A DNA stretch of 64,000 bases from Octopus sinensis (GCF_006345805.1 NC_043001.1:39742001-39806000); one strand, 5' to 3'. Positions 35,110 to 48,962 are shown, counted from the stretch's first letter. Numbers and translations are program-made. Notes: generated by a model from the letters alone, not told the origin.

Positions 35110-36402
35110 CGAGGGGCGTTCAATAAGTAATGCTCCTGACCCACTTCCCATAGCAGTAGAGCAACGAAACTTGGCACAGTTATTAGTCTTTTTCTACATA
35201 GGAACCACCCAGAGTTACGCATTTCTCCCCTCGTTTGATGCAGCTCTGGAGACCGTTTTTGTAGAAGACCCCAGCTTGGTCCTCCAACCACGACGTAACT
35301 TCAGAAACCAAGGCTGCATCATCTGGGAAACGCTTTCCTTTCAAAAACAACTTCATGACTGGGAAGAGATGAAAATCAGAGGGTGCAAGGTCAGGAGAGT
35401 AGGGAGGATGGGGGAGGAGTTCATAGCCATACGTCTGTGCTTCTGATCTGGTGACACGCGAGTTGTGGACCGGAGCGTTGTCCTGCAGGAGGAGGATGCC
35501 TTTGCTGATCTTGCCCCGCAACTTGATTTTGATAGCTTCTCTTAATTTCCTCAAAAGTGAAGTATAATAGGCTCCTGTAATTGTGGTACCCTTTGCCAGG
35601 AAATCTGTCATCACTACTCCGTCCTGGTCCCAGAAGATTGTGAGCATGATCTTGCCAGTGGAGGGCTGCACACTTGCCTTCTTTGGAGGAGGTGAGTCAT
35701 GGTGCTTCCACTGCATTGACTGGGCTTTGGTCTCTGGATCATAGTGATGGACCCAGGTTTCATCCTGTGTAATCAGTCTTTTGAAAAAGTTTGACTCATC
35801 TTCTTGGCACATCTCCAAATTCATCCTCGAGCACTCGACGCGTTCTTGCTTCTGGAAAGGTGTGAGCAACCTGGGAATCCATCTGGCAGACACCTTTTGC
35901 ATATGCAAATGGTCATGAATGATAGTTTCCACAGACCCGGTACTAATCTTGACCTCATGGACTATTTGGCGAATAGTTATGCGTCGATCTTCCAAAATGG
36001 CAGCCTCGACTTGACGGACAGATACCTCATCAATGGCAGAAGTGGGGCGACCAGATCTGGGAGCTGTTTCCACAGAGTTCCGACCATGTTTGAATTCACG
36101 ATGCCAGCATTTTACAAGGTCATATGATGGGGCATCATCACCATAAGTTACTTTCATTTCATCAAAAGTCTCCCGTGGTGTGCGTCCTTTCAAATACAAA
36201 AACCGGATCACTGTTCGACACTCAACAGGCTCCATTTCACACTTGACTCAGTTCAAACACCTGTAAATCAGAAACCACTATTAGTTCAGAGCTGTAATTT
36301 TCCACTTAATCTATAGAAATATCAATAATTGCACATGCAAAATTTCAGCTAGATCAAAAAACTGCAAGTGGGCCAGAGGCATTACTTATTGAACGCCTCT
36401 CG
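35110..36402 (-). mobile_element. Mariner transposon (1293 bp), apparently intact
   Basis: 24-bp TIRs CGAGGGGCGTTCAATAAGTAATGC (1 mismatch), TA TSD. Confidence 0.95.
35183..36235 (-). CDS. Mariner D,D34D transposase, 350 aa
   Basis: WIPRLL, QDETW, QDNAPVH, YSPDLAPSDF with 34 residues between the second and third Asp; no stops. Confidence 0.95.
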   Translation of the reverse strand: MEPVECRTVIRFLYLKGRTPRETFDEMKVTYGDDAPSYDLVKCWHREFKHGRNSVETAPRSGRPTSAIDEVSVRQVEAAILEDRRITIRQIVHEVKISTGSVETIIHDHLHMQKVSARWIPRLLTPFQKQERVECSRMNLEMCQEDESNFFKRLITQDETWVHHYDPETKAQSMQWKHHDSPPPKKASVQPSTGKIMLTIFWDQDGVVMTDFLAKGTTITGAYYTSLLRKLREAIKIKLRGKISKGILLLQDNAPVHNSRVTRSEAQTYGYELLPHPPYSPDLAPSDFHLFPVMKLFLKGKRFPDDAALVSEVTSWLEDQAGVFYKNGLQSCIKRGEKCVTLGGSYVEKD

Positions 36403-39400
36403 TATATCAGGTAGCTAAAAGGGCAGCCAGGCATCAGGTTTACATAGCAAAAAGAATAGCTGAAGTTAAGAGATATGCAAATACTCGACAGAGTGAGGAT
36501 CAGATGCATGAAGTATTTAGGATTACAAAGCAGTGTATCAGAGAGAATAGAGATGTGATGAGTGAGAAATGTATGTGAATGGATAATGGTATGCTTCCAT
36601 GTAGTGACTCAGAGAAGAAAGATGCATGAAAATGTTATGAAAGGTTACTAAATGTGGAAAATGAATGGGAGAAGGAGAGTCTACCAAATATTGAACCAAT
36701 TGAGGGACCAGCCATCACACTTGATAGCAGCATAATAGATGAGGTAATTAAGGATATGAAGACAGGCAAAGTCCCTAGGCCATCAGGAATTACTGCCGAG
36801 ATGATTAAAATTTCCAGTGGCGTAGGATACAGCTTAGTCACCTGTATAGTTAATCAAATTATTCAGGAAGGTACCCTCCCTGATGACTGGTGTAGTAGTA
36901 TTATAGTTAGCTGCTACAAGGCTAAATGTGATGCTCTAGATAGAAACAACTACAGAGATATTAAACTGCTAGACCAAGTCATGAAAGTTACTGAGAGGGT
37001 TATAGCTCAATTGATTAGTAACAGAATTAAACTACTTGAGATGCAGTTTGGTTTTATACCTGGGAAGTGTACCACAGATACCATCTTCCTAGTGACATAG
37101 CTGCAGGAAAAGTACTTGGCCAAAAGTAAGCCATTGTACTTAGCTTCATTGACCTGGAGAAAGCTTTTGACAGAGTTACCTATTCTGTTATATGGTGGTC
37201 TCTAAGGATGTTAGGAGCAGAGGAGTGGCCTGTTCTACAAGCCATGTACAGTGGTGCTGTCAGTAAATGAGAGCCGGCCTTGAATATGCTGATGAATTTA
37301 GTGTACAAGTAGAGGTTCAACATGGCTCAGTTCTTAGCCCATTCTTATTCATTATAGTTCTCCAGGCCATAACAGAGGAATTCAAAACTGGATGCCCATG
37401 AGAACTGCTATATGCTGATGACTTTGCTCTTATTGCAGAATCTTTAGCAGAATTAGAGAAGAAGTTCCAGGTTTGGAAACAAAACCTGGAATCAAAGGAC
37501 CTTAAAGTTAAACCTAGCAAAGACTAAAGTTGTTAGTAAGAAAGAAGATAAAACTCTCTTTCTGTAAGGTAAATGGCCCTGCTCAGTATGTAGGAAAGGA
37601 GTTGGAAGAAATTCTATTTTCCACACCCAGTGTAAACTATGGATACATAAGAGTTGCAATGGAATCACAATGTAGAATAACAGATGAAGTCATCTTTGTA
37701 TGTGGCGGGTGTGCAATAAGCACTAACAACACATGAAACTTAGATTCTCTCAAATGCCCAGGAGGATCTCTTGTAGATAGTTTCTGTTACCTAGGTGACC
37801 AAATTAGCAATGGTGGAAGATGGTCTAAAAGTATTGTTTCTAGAATAATAATAGGGTGAAGAAAGTTCAGAGAACTATTACCTCTGTTGGCAACAAAAGG
37901 ACTCTCTCTCAGAGTGAAAGATATACTGTGTGGTACTTATGTGCGAACAGCTTTACTCTATGGTTGTGAGACATGGGCTCTGAATGCAGATGACATGCAT
38001 CAACTGGAGAGAAATGAAGGTAGTATGCTCCATTGGATGTGCAACATTAGGACACATAGAGGACATAGTACAAATGTGTTGAGAGAAATGTTGGGCATAA
38101 GAGGAATCAAATGTAGCATGCAAAAGAGAAGACTACGTTGGTTTGGACTTGTGATGTGTATGAATGAGGACAGCTGCATAAAGAAGTTCTGATTACAGAA
38201 AGTGGATGGTATCTATGGAAGGGGAAACCCAGGAAGATGTAGGATGAAATGGCAAGGACTGATCTCAGGATGTTGGGCCGCACGGAGAAAATTACAATAA
38301 ACTGAGATGTCTAACAATATGACATTCTTCACAAGACCTGCTCACGTGAGCAAAACTGAGTTCTTGAAGTGTTGTGTGTCCCACCCACAAAACTTCTCAC
38401 ACTCCCTACCACAATAAACTAAACTACATCTCTCCGTCTCTTCTCTTCCTCACATTGCCACTTCATGCATTATGCTTACCTCCTACTCTCCAATCTTGTT
38501 CTCTTGACCTGTCTTACTGCATCATTGCTATCTGCTAGCCCCCAACCTGTGTGTTCCACCCACATGTAACAAGAAAACTTTTCACACACCCTACCCCATC
38601 AAACCAATCTACATCTCTACATCTCTTCTCTTCCTCCCATTTCCTCCTTCATGCACTATGCCAACCTCTCACTCCCAAATCCTGTTCTCATGGCCCTGCT
38701 TCTCTGTACCATTGCTTTCCAGTAGACCCCCTCCAACTCTATATATACCCAGGTTTTCACCACTCACTTCCCATCCACACTTCCTAATCACATTTCTTTG
38801 GCAGTATCCTGCCACTTATATTATGACCTTCAAACCTCAAAGGTATGCTCTAACACTTGGTAGAGTGTGGAGGACTGTTTTTAGTCATCAACACACAGGT
38901 TTGGGGCTAGAAGATAGCAATGATGCAGTGAGACAGGCCAAGAGGACAGGATAGGAGAGTAGGAGGTAAGCATAGTGCATGAAGTGGTGATGTGAGGAAG
39001 AGAAGAGATGTAGAAATGTAGTTTAGTTGTTTGATGACAAAGAACAGTCCTCCATACTCTACCAACATGCCAAGAACCTAGATGGAGGCAATTTGGGTCA
39101 ATTTGACATCTGCATTTTATCCAAGCACCCAAAATAACCAATCCTCAGACAAATACAGGAGTACGTCCTTATAAATGAAACATCCCCAGTACTAAATAGG
39201 AAATATACATAGTAGGTAATCATACCCCCGTATGCACAGTTTATATTTATATACAGGTAGAATAGTTAGTGGGCTGTTATGTAGATGTATATATGTGGGT
39301 GTGTGTGTGTATGTATATGTATATGCACATGTATGTAGGCAAATGAAAGTAAACAGACATACAGATGGATAGATACAGAGGTAATATGAACAGACAAGCA

Positions 39401-40231
39401 CACATACACAAATGAAGACTGAAACACATGACCATATACACACACTCTTCACTTCACACAAGGACACATGGACTCACACACACACACACACACAAGCACA
39501 CAAACAAACAAAAAGAACGCAGCTCGGATAAGGGACAAAATTAACAACTATTGGAAAGGTTGCTAGAAACAACAGCTAAATCGCCCTTAAATCACTCACT
39601 TTTCCCTCTGAAAATATTAGCAATGTATTTTTTTTGTAAAAAATGCTCTTCCCATGATTTTGAAGTGCAAAAAATAGTTGGTCAGTGGGATAATGAGGAA
39701 GGGGTGTAACGAAAAAGAGTTTTCAAAACTTTTTTCATACAAAGATACCTCTCCCCATCCACACACACACCAAAAAAAAAACCCTCATTTCAAAGGCTGT
39801 GGTTTAAAAAAGATGGGAAAATCCTTGAAAAACTTTTTCCCTACAAATTTCTTTATAATCGTAATGTATGCCACTTGAAAGGTATTTGTATAAATTTTCC
39901 TTAAAAGATACTCATGTTCCTGAAAGTTATGAGGGAAAAAGTCAGATTGTGTGTATTTTCTGAAACTCCTCTCTCTACCCCTTCAGAAAAATTTTTTGTC
40001 ATGAATCCCAATATACTCTGAAGCCACATCTAAGCGGTATTTGTAGAACATTTTATTAAAAAATATCTATTTTTCTGGATGCTATGAGGCAGCAAATTCG
40101 GGGGCATATACATCTGTAGTAATGTTCTTTTATTTATACAATATTTTCACTTCATGTTTATGTCATTCATTGTTTACAATATTCTCTCTCACTCACTCCC
40201 TCTCTCTGTCTCCCTCTCTCTCTTTCTCTCT

Positions 40232-40294
<63 letters not shown>

Positions 40295-40544
40295 TGCAAA
40301 GCTTACAGATGGGCTACTGAATTGAAATCTCGGTGTTGCTTTGAGGGAAAGTAAAGCTTGACAAACTGCTTCTCCCTATGTTGTTGGACTACAATGATGT
40401 TTGTTTAAAAAAGAGTGATTATGACTGATAAAATAATGAAAGCAATATTTACTAAGCAAGTGATCACTATTATACAAAGAAATAATTAGATGTAGAATAT
40501 AAAAATTATTAGAATTGAGAATCAAATGTGAAAATATTTTAGGC

Positions 40545-41170
40545 ATAGGAGTGGCTGTGTGGTAAGTAACTTGCTTACCAACCACATAGTTCTGGGTTCA
40601 GTCCCACTGTGTGGCACCTAGGGCAAGTGTCTTCTACTATAGCCTCGGGCCAACCAAAGCCTTTGTAGTGGATTAGGTAGTCGGAAACTGAAAGAAGCCC
40701 GTCATATATATGTATTTATATGTATATATATATATATATATATAACGGGAAGCTTTATGAAAATAGACAAAAGACGAAGGCAGGTTTACGGAAATAAACA
40801 AAAGATGAAGGCAGGTGGAATACAAGCAAACAATTGTATTAGTATGGCGCTCAGGAAATATAAATAAAACAAGTCTTTAACGTTTTGAGCCTACGCTCTT
40901 CAACAGAAAGATACACAGAGAAAAAACACAGAAATATATATGTAAGTGTGTGTATGTGTATATGTTTGTGCGTCTGTGTTTGTCCCCCACTAACATCGCT
41001 TGACAACTGATGCTGGTGTGTTTATGACCCCCGTAACTTAACAGATCAGCAAAAAAGACTGATAGAATAAGTACTAGGCTTACAAAGAATAAGTCCTGGG
41101 GTCAATTTGCTCGACTAAAGGTGGTGCTCCAGCATGGCCACAGTCAAATGACTGAAACAAGTAAAAGAAT
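40545..41170 (+). mobile_element. tRNA-derived SINE with a nested solo Penelope pLTR (40741-40935)
   Basis: SINE head and tail as in other copies; the central (TA)n carries a copy of 16251-16400. Confidence 0.8.
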
Positions 41171-41600
41171 AAAAGGGTAAAAAGAGTATGGGGCTAGTAG
41201 AAAACCTCCTGGTGGGTGGTCTTTTTCACAATTTTTAGCTCATGTGGTGAAAGAAATAACATCATTTAACATGCATTTTTCATGCTGGCATAGGTTGGAC
41301 AATTTGACAGGAGATAACCAGCCAGAGAGCTGCACCAGGCTTCAATTGTTTCTTTTGGCATGGTTTTGATAGCTGGATGCCCTTCCTAATGCCAACCACT
41401 TTAAAGAGTCTACTTACGTGGTTCTAGCTTTATACATGGCACTAGCATGGGTGCTTTTTACAAGGCACCAACATGGGTGTTTTTTACATGGTAACAGCAC
41501 CCATGAGCCCACAAAACTTCAAACTAATACGCCCCATTTGTTGTTCTTTCCCTTTGGCTTTGGGTTTTCCTTATTTTTTTTACTATCTATCTATCTATCT

Positions 41601-41667
<67 letters not shown>

Positions 41668-41669
41668 TA

Positions 41670-42177
41670 CATGGAAAAATGCAAGCATGTAAAGTATTAT
41701 TCTTAAGATTACAAACCTGGAAAAGTACAGGGCAAGTTATAACACCTGTAAAAGTACAGGACAAACTATTACTTCAAGTAAAGTAAAGAATAAGAAACTT
41801 TTTACTTAAAATATTGCAGCAAAGAATGCCAGTTCTTCTAATTTATCACTCTTTACAGTTCTCATCCTTTAAATTTATTGTACAAAACTGTTCAGCTAAT
41901 TTGTAAGTTTATCTAGTTAGTCATTTTTGTCTGTATTTAAGGTAGTAAATTAGCCAAATTCTACTTAAATAAGTATAGTGTTGTTTGTAAACTATAATAA
42001 AATAATTTTTAATATTCAAATTTTAATTTTAGCTGCAATATTTTAAATAAAAGTTTCTTATTCCTTACTTTACTTGAATAGTTTGTCCTATACTTTTACA
42101 GGTGTAATAACTTGTCCTGTACTTTTCCAGGTTTATAATCTTAAGAATATTACTTTTCATGCTTGCCTTTTTCCATG
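41670..42177. mobile_element. MITE with ~150-bp TIRs
   Basis: TA|CATGGAAAAATGCAAGCATG...CATGCTTGCCTTTTTCCATG|TA; arms about 41670-41820 and 42030-42177. Confidence 0.85.
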
Positions 42178-42192
42178 TAATCCATTACATGG

Positions 42193-45040
42193 AAAACTCA
42201 TTACTCTCCTCAATAGAACCACCATCAGGAGGCACTGAGCGTATCCTCTCACTGCGCCTCTCAACTTCTTCTGGCTCAGTAAATCTACTGAGCATCTATG
42301 CTCCCACTCTCTACAGCTCAGAGGAGACCAAGGACCAGTCCTACAAAGATCTCAACTGTGTCATAAAAAATATACCAACAACTGAAAATATCTACCTTCT
42401 AGGGGATTTTAACGCTCGCGTGGCATCTGACCATGATTCGTGGCCCATTTGTGTTGGACACTTTGATATTGGCAATATGAATGACAATGGTCAGAGACTA
42501 CTCAAATTCTGCACATACCATAACCTGTGCATCACAAACACATTCTTTACCAAAAAGCCATCCCACAAGGCATCTTGGAGACATCCAAGATCTCACCACT
42601 GGCATCATCTGGATCTCATCATTACACGGAGATCCTTTCTGAATTCTGTTCTATTGACCCACAGTTACCACAGCGCGGATTGTGACACAGATCATTCACT
42701 AATAAGAAGTAGAGTGAGGATTCTGCCTAAAAAGTCCATCGCTCCAAGAAAGTGGACTGACCATGCATTAACACTGCCAGAACCTCGGACCCTACACCGC
42801 AAAAATGTTTTGCTGCTTCTATCAAGGTTGCCCTCAGTAGCTGCCCAACCTCCTCTACTGAAAGTAGGTGGAATTATATCGGGGAAGCTTTGTATACCAC
42901 ATCAATAGATGCTTTCAGCATGAGAGAAAGGCAAAACCCAGATTGGTTCAATGCTGGGCTCTCAGAGCTGGAAACAGTTATCGAAGCAAAGTGTGCAGCT
43001 CTGATGCAATACAAGAGTGATTCTTCTACAAAGTCACTCGAAGAACTCAGAAAGGCAAGAAATAAAACCCAACTGACAGCCAGACGCTGTGCAAATAGGT
43101 ATTGGCAGGAAATCTGACAGAGTATCCAGTCAGCTGCTGACAGCGGTGACACCCGTGGGATGTATGCCAGTTTGAAGAAGGCTCTCGGTCCATCCGCAAC
43201 CAAGTCAGAACCTCTGAAATCAACTACAGGAGATCTCATCAAGGATCAAAGCAAGCAAATGGATAGATGGGTGGAGCACTACCAGGATCTCTACTCACGG
43301 GAGACTACAGTAGCTGAGGCTGCAATCGAGAATGTCAAGATCTTGCCAGTCATGTGCAAACTTGATAGTCCGCCATCTATAGCAGAGCTCACCAAGACTA
43401 TTGACTCCCTAGCAAGAAACGAGGCTCCGGGAAAAGATGGCATCTCCTCAGAGATCATCAAAGCCAGCAAAAACACCATCCTGCTTCGGCACCTTCATGA
43501 GCTTCTGTGTCAGTGCTGGGAAGAGGGTACAGTCCCTCAGGATATGCGGGATGCTAACATCATTACGCTTTACAAAAACAAAGGTGACCGTGGTGATTGT
43601 AACAATTACTGTGGAATATCTCTTCTAAGCACTGTTGGAAAGACCTTTGCTCACATTATCCTGGCCAGGCTACAACTACTTGCTTCTCGAATCTATCTGA
43701 AATCGCAGTGTGGCTTTAGAAGAAGCAGATCAACTATTGATATGATATTCTCCATACGCCAACTTCAGGAGAAGTCCAGAGAGCAGAAAATGCCATTATA
43801 TATGGCCTTCATTGAACTAACAAAGGCCTTTGACTCGGTAAGTAGAAAAGGCCTCTTCATCCTGCTCCAAAAAATCGGATGTCCACCAAAGCTGCTGAGG
43901 ATCATCAAGTCTTTCCATGATGATATGCAAGGGACCATACAGCACAATGGTTCAACATCAGCCGCCTTCCAAATAAAAAACGGGGTAAAGTAAGGTTGTG
44001 TCCTCGCTCCTACATTATTTGGCATTTTCTTCTCGCTCTTGCTCTCACATGCCTTTCAGACATCAGATGATGGAGTGTTTCTGCACAGTAGAAGTGAAGG
44101 GAAACTGTTCAATCTCTCGCGCCTGCATGCCAAGACCAAAATCAGAAACGTCCTGATCAAGGAGATGCTATTTGCTGATGATGCCGCTCTGGTATCACAC
44201 ACAGAAGAAGCCCTCCAAAGGCTCATTAACTGTTTTGAGCAAGCATGTAACGACTTTGGCTTAGCTATCAGCCTTAAGAAGACCAACATCATGGGTCAGG
44301 CTACATCGGACATCCCAAACATACATATTGGAGACCACAGATTACAGGAGGTGGAGAAGTTTACCTATCTTGGCTCTACCGTCACCTACAACCCATCCCT
44401 TGATGCTGAGCTCAATATACGCATTAGCAAGGCAGCTGCTGTGATGGCCCAACTCTCCAAACGGGCATGGGACAACAATAAGCTGACCAAGACCACGAAA
44501 ATGAAGATCTACCAGGCATGTGTACTTAGCACTCTACTGTATGGAAGTGAGACTTGGACGCTATACACACACCAAGAGCGTCGCCTAAACATCCTCCACA
44601 TCAAATGGCAGAAGCCCCAAGGACATACTCTACAGAGAGCTTGCTAGGGGTACTAAGTCTGTGGGTAGACCGTTCTTACTTTACAAGGATGTTTGCAAAA
44701 GGGACGTGAAGGCCTGCAATATCAATATTAGCAGTTGGGAAGCAATTGCCAGCAACCGTGGAGATTGGCGACGTACCGTAAAAGAGGGAATACAAAGGAG
44801 TGACAGAGAGAGTGAGGAGAAATGGAAAGACAAGAAAAGACGTCAACAAGAAACTATGACATTACAACCAGCCAGGAACAGACTTTGCTACATATGTGGC
44901 ACCTGCCAGAGGGAGTGTTTGTCCAGGATAGGACTACACAGCCACAGCAGGAAATGTATCAGGACATGAAATGTAAAAGCCGGACTAGACTATTTTATGC
45001 GCAACTCCATTGACTCCCGAGACAAAAATGATGCCAACAA
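42193..45040 (+). mobile_element. BovB-like RTE LINE, 5'-truncated
   Basis: LLGDFNARV, SADCDTDH (APE), FADD (RT), CGTCQRECLSRIGLHSHSRKC; a few stops and one internal gap near 44600. Confidence 0.93.
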
Positions 45041-45188
45041 TATATTTATACATTATTCTTTAACAAGAATAGTACTGACTGTGACTTCAAAGTCTTATTA
45101 AAGTATAATAAATTTATACTTTATCAAATGTATTGTGTAATCCTTCAATTGAATGCAAAATTGCTTTTATTATACTAAAAAACATCAT

Positions 45189-45263
<75 letters not shown>

Positions 45264-45532
45264 ATATGTGTATATATACATACATACATACATACATATA
45301 TATGTATATATATATATATATATCATGTATGTTGGTTGAGTCCATCTCCAGCTATTCTACAGTTTCATCAATGTATATACACATTCATCATACCTGATGA
45401 CCCGGTGAACACAGGGGTAAAACTCCAGAATAGCACGTGACTGATTTGACTAAAATAAAAGCATATTCAATTTCTACTACAGTACCTCCAACAGTCAACA
45501 CTGAGTGTGTAGGTTTACATATTCACATGCAT

Positions 45533-45625
<93 letters not shown>

Positions 45626-45733
45626 TAAGCACAAATTTCAGTATCTATTTTACAGTACCTGGTCAAGCAGGAGAGTTTTAAGAATATATATCTCAATGTA
45701 ATTAACAAATCTTAATGTGTAAAATATACCAAC

Positions 45734-45832
45734 CTCTTATTATGTGGAATTTATAAGCAAGAAACCCCAAAGTTATTAATAATAATACACTTCCTACAGT
45801 ACAACCAATAACTGCATCCAAAGAGACATTTT
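45734..45832 (-). CDS. Transmembrane exon (99 nt, phase 1-1)
   Basis: Acceptor atatcgtttcag|, donor AGAG|GTTGGT; translates ENVSLDAVIGCTVGSVLLLITLGFLAYKFHIIR (21-residue hydrophobic run followed by basic residues). Confidence 0.8.
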
Positions 45833-45938
45833 CTGAAACGATATATTAAAAAGACCCTGCATTAATATATTAAAAAGATAAAGGGCTATAAAGAATTTTT
45901 CACTAATTATCTGTCCTATTTTCAGTAGATACTGGAGT

Positions 45939-46266
45939 GTGAGGGCACGTGGCTTAGTGGTTAGGGCATTCGGCTCATGATCGTAAGGTTGTGAGTTCGA
46001 TTCCCGGCGACGCGTTGTGTCCTTGAGCAAGACACTTTATTTCACGTTGCTCCAGTCCATTCAGCTGGCAAAAATGAGTTGTACTTGTATTTCAAAGGGT
46101 CAGCCTTGTCACTCTCTGTGTCACGCTGATTATCCCCGAGAACTACGTTAAGGGTACACGTGTCTGTGGAATGCTCAGCCATTTGCACGTTAATTTCACA
46201 AGCAAGCTGTTCCGTTGATTGTATCAGCTGGGACCCTCGTCGTCGTAACCGGCGGAGTAATAAAGA
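45939..46266 (+). mobile_element. Young tRNA-derived SINE with a 12-bp TSD
   Basis: A box TGGCTTAGTGG, B box GTTCGATTC, perfect AGATACTGGAGT TSD (45927-45938 and 46267-46278). Confidence 0.9.
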
Positions 46267-48962
46267 AGATACTGGAGTACACAGTTGCTGCTGAAGACTT
46301 CAAAAAACAAAAATGCACACAGAGTTGTACACCCTTTTTATATCAGCACAGCTATTGTACAGACAATTTGTTTACAGTCATTGTAACACAAAGTGTTAGC
46401 TAAAAAACCCTATAATATGTTCTATATTACATTAGAGTAATACATTATAGGGCTCAGTGTTTTCAGATCATACCTAAAAGCTTATATTTTTCCTTGGGGT
46501 GTCTTTATTATACCGTCATTTCATTCCATTTCCATTTCCCTCTATTACACATCTAATCCAACAAGAATGCCTTTTCATTATACATATACTAAAAAAATCA
46601 ATTTCTCAGCATCCACTCAGTCATGATACATGTTAGTATTGCATATCCATCAAATGATATTAATTCCATTTCTAACTCATGTTCATTTCATTCTTCCATG
46701 CATCATTTCAACTCCTCGCAAATGCACTGTGTATTCTACCTTTCATATGAAGCTACAAATTCTTTTGTTTTTAATAAGAGAAGAACTTCTTGTATTCCAA
46801 AGTTATAATTCAAGATCTAATTCTACTTGCACTAATCATTTTAACTACTTGGCTACTGCTTCTAGCGAGCCGACCAAAAACCTAAGGATATTGAATTCAT
46901 CACTACTTATGTTTCTACTGTGTGGATACTGTTCAGTGCACCAAAGGCCCTACTTTTCAAATTACTCTTCTCTGTGATTGCACAGACTTAACTGCAATTA
47001 TATAATGCAATGTTGAATGGTTCAGCATTATAAACAGAGATGACACAGTAAGATTGATAGGTTTTTTGATTTCAAACCCCCGAACCGATGTGGCGACTTT
47101 TTTATTTCTGAGGAATGTAGGATTTCATGTTGGAATTTTGTATACATGCAGTTGTTTGCTAGGGTCCTATTACCTGCACCTTCTATAGTTATTGAATTTT
47201 AACACGATATCAGAACTATTTTCCTTAAAAAAATTGGCTGAGTTCTTATAGTAGAATCTGTTAAAGAATTGTGATAAATGTTTCACATCTGAAAGACAGA
47301 TCTGGAAAGTAAAAACCTAAAAGCCAATTTGACAGCTGCAGATTGTTCAAGACAGTGAGCAACTGCATCACATCTCCCTGCTTTCTGATCTAACCAAAAA
47401 TATATGATATTGCTGTTCTCCACACTTCCTGTGTTGCTGCTGGTCATCTCCATCTTCCTGAGCTACTTTTATCTCTCTCACCACCTCCTCCATACTGATA
47501 TGTACCATCAATCACACCTTTTTAATTTTCATCACTCTACCTCTAGTCCAATCTCAAATCATCTATCATTCTCTTCACACAGGCTTACAAAATTATTCAC
47601 CTATTCCTCCCCTCCTGATCTATGGTCTGTATTCTTCTTTGTAGTACGACACCTGTATCTGTCCCTGTATCATAATTTACCTTTCAACACCTCACATAAA
47701 GCTACTTCCCCTTCCCTGAAATAGACCCCTAGTCAGCTGAGGGAGCTTTTTCTTTTTTCTTTCTTTACTTTGTCTTGAATGTTACTTGGTAACCTCACTC
47801 ATGGTGGTATCATGAAAAAAGCATCCAGGGCACACTATAAAGTGATGGGTATTAGGAAGGACATCCAGCTGTAGAAACTATGCCAAAGCTGATGCTGGAG
47901 TCTGACACAGATCTGCAGGTTGGCAGAATCTGTTAACCTGTCCAACCCATGCAAGTATCAAAAATGGACACTAAAGTATGATGTTCTAGACTGGGTTAGG
48001 GAACTCTTTACCATCATTCAATTTTGAAATTACTCTGTAGCAAAGTTTATAAACGCCTATATAGAAAAAAATTAGCTTAAGCTTAAGACCAAAAAGTTAA
48101 TTTAATATACGTAGTACATTTATCAATTTGTAAATTTAAAGATTCATTATTTTACTCAGTATAGGTGTCCCCCACAGATTCTTTACACCTCAATTCATTC
48201 TTCATACTGAATGGTTCCCCCAATTCTGCTCTCAACAACCTTGTTCTTTAACTAATGAAACCACAGATGAACCATAATCTTCAAGTAATCTACTCTAATA
48301 CAATTGTTTCTAACTTACTGTGATCAATGTTATCCTGTCTCAGACTGGTTCTAATGGAATTTTTGTAACTTTTCCTCCTTAGTGTTGCTTTGCAGTCACT
48401 TGGTTTCATTTAACTCACTATACTACAGCAATCCAAATATATGTCTACAACTGTCATATTTATTAAATATTCTTTAAGGAAGTAATGGGAATCTTATAAG
48501 AAAATAACTTAATAGACTGAACCAATTTGGACCCGTAAAGGGCCCCAAAAAGTATAAAATCAGTTCATCAGTTCATTGTTTCCATATTTCAGCTGGAAAT
48601 CAACTCCACTCTAATTATGTATAAAATATTTAAATAAGCTAAAAATAAATAGTTAATTGACCAGAAAACTTCATTACCAGAGTTCATGGAATGGTTCTCC
48701 AGTAAAAGTTTTGCTAGGAGCAATTTTCTAGAATAGTTGAGAAAAGAAAATTATGTCTACTTACAAATGTGAAACTATTTAAATGAGAAACAAAGCTTAA
48801 ATCAACCCTCCATTTTTATAACATAAAGCTAATTTGAACACATAAACAAATAGCAGAACCTTAAGTACTTTATAATGAATTAATCAAATCTAAATACTTC
48901 TATATAACATGAAACAATATTTTAAATGATTAAAGAATAATGACAAGCATGTAACAACTTAC

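Larger units (their letters stand above)
34100..38340 (+). mobile_element. Near full-length degraded RTE LINE (APE-RT) interrupted by a mariner
   Basis: VAGDFNGHVG, QIDYLL, NNYRDIKLL, QFGFIPGKCTTD, LLYADD, RTALLYGCETW; many stops. Confidence 0.92.

Noticed and set aside
39601-39608. Possible 8-nt micro-exon (ttttcag|AGGGAAAA|gtgagt)
   Set aside because: It would break the frame between TM and the 19-nt exon, and such short matches are expected by chance.
40420-40480. Hydrophobic frame VITCLVNIAFIILSVIITLF* as a TM/GPI terminal exon
   Set aside because: AT-rich intron DNA often translates as hydrophobic, and a better TM exon exists at 45734-45832; an alternative terminal exon cannot be fully excluded.
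45345-45435. CTGATGA-CCC...GGG-GTAAAACTC, hammerhead-like
   Set aside because: No GAAA directly after stem II and no stem I pairing around the core.
47174-47182. Possible 9-nt in-frame micro-exon AAGGTGCAG
   Set aside because: Poor acceptor context; cannot be supported without reads.
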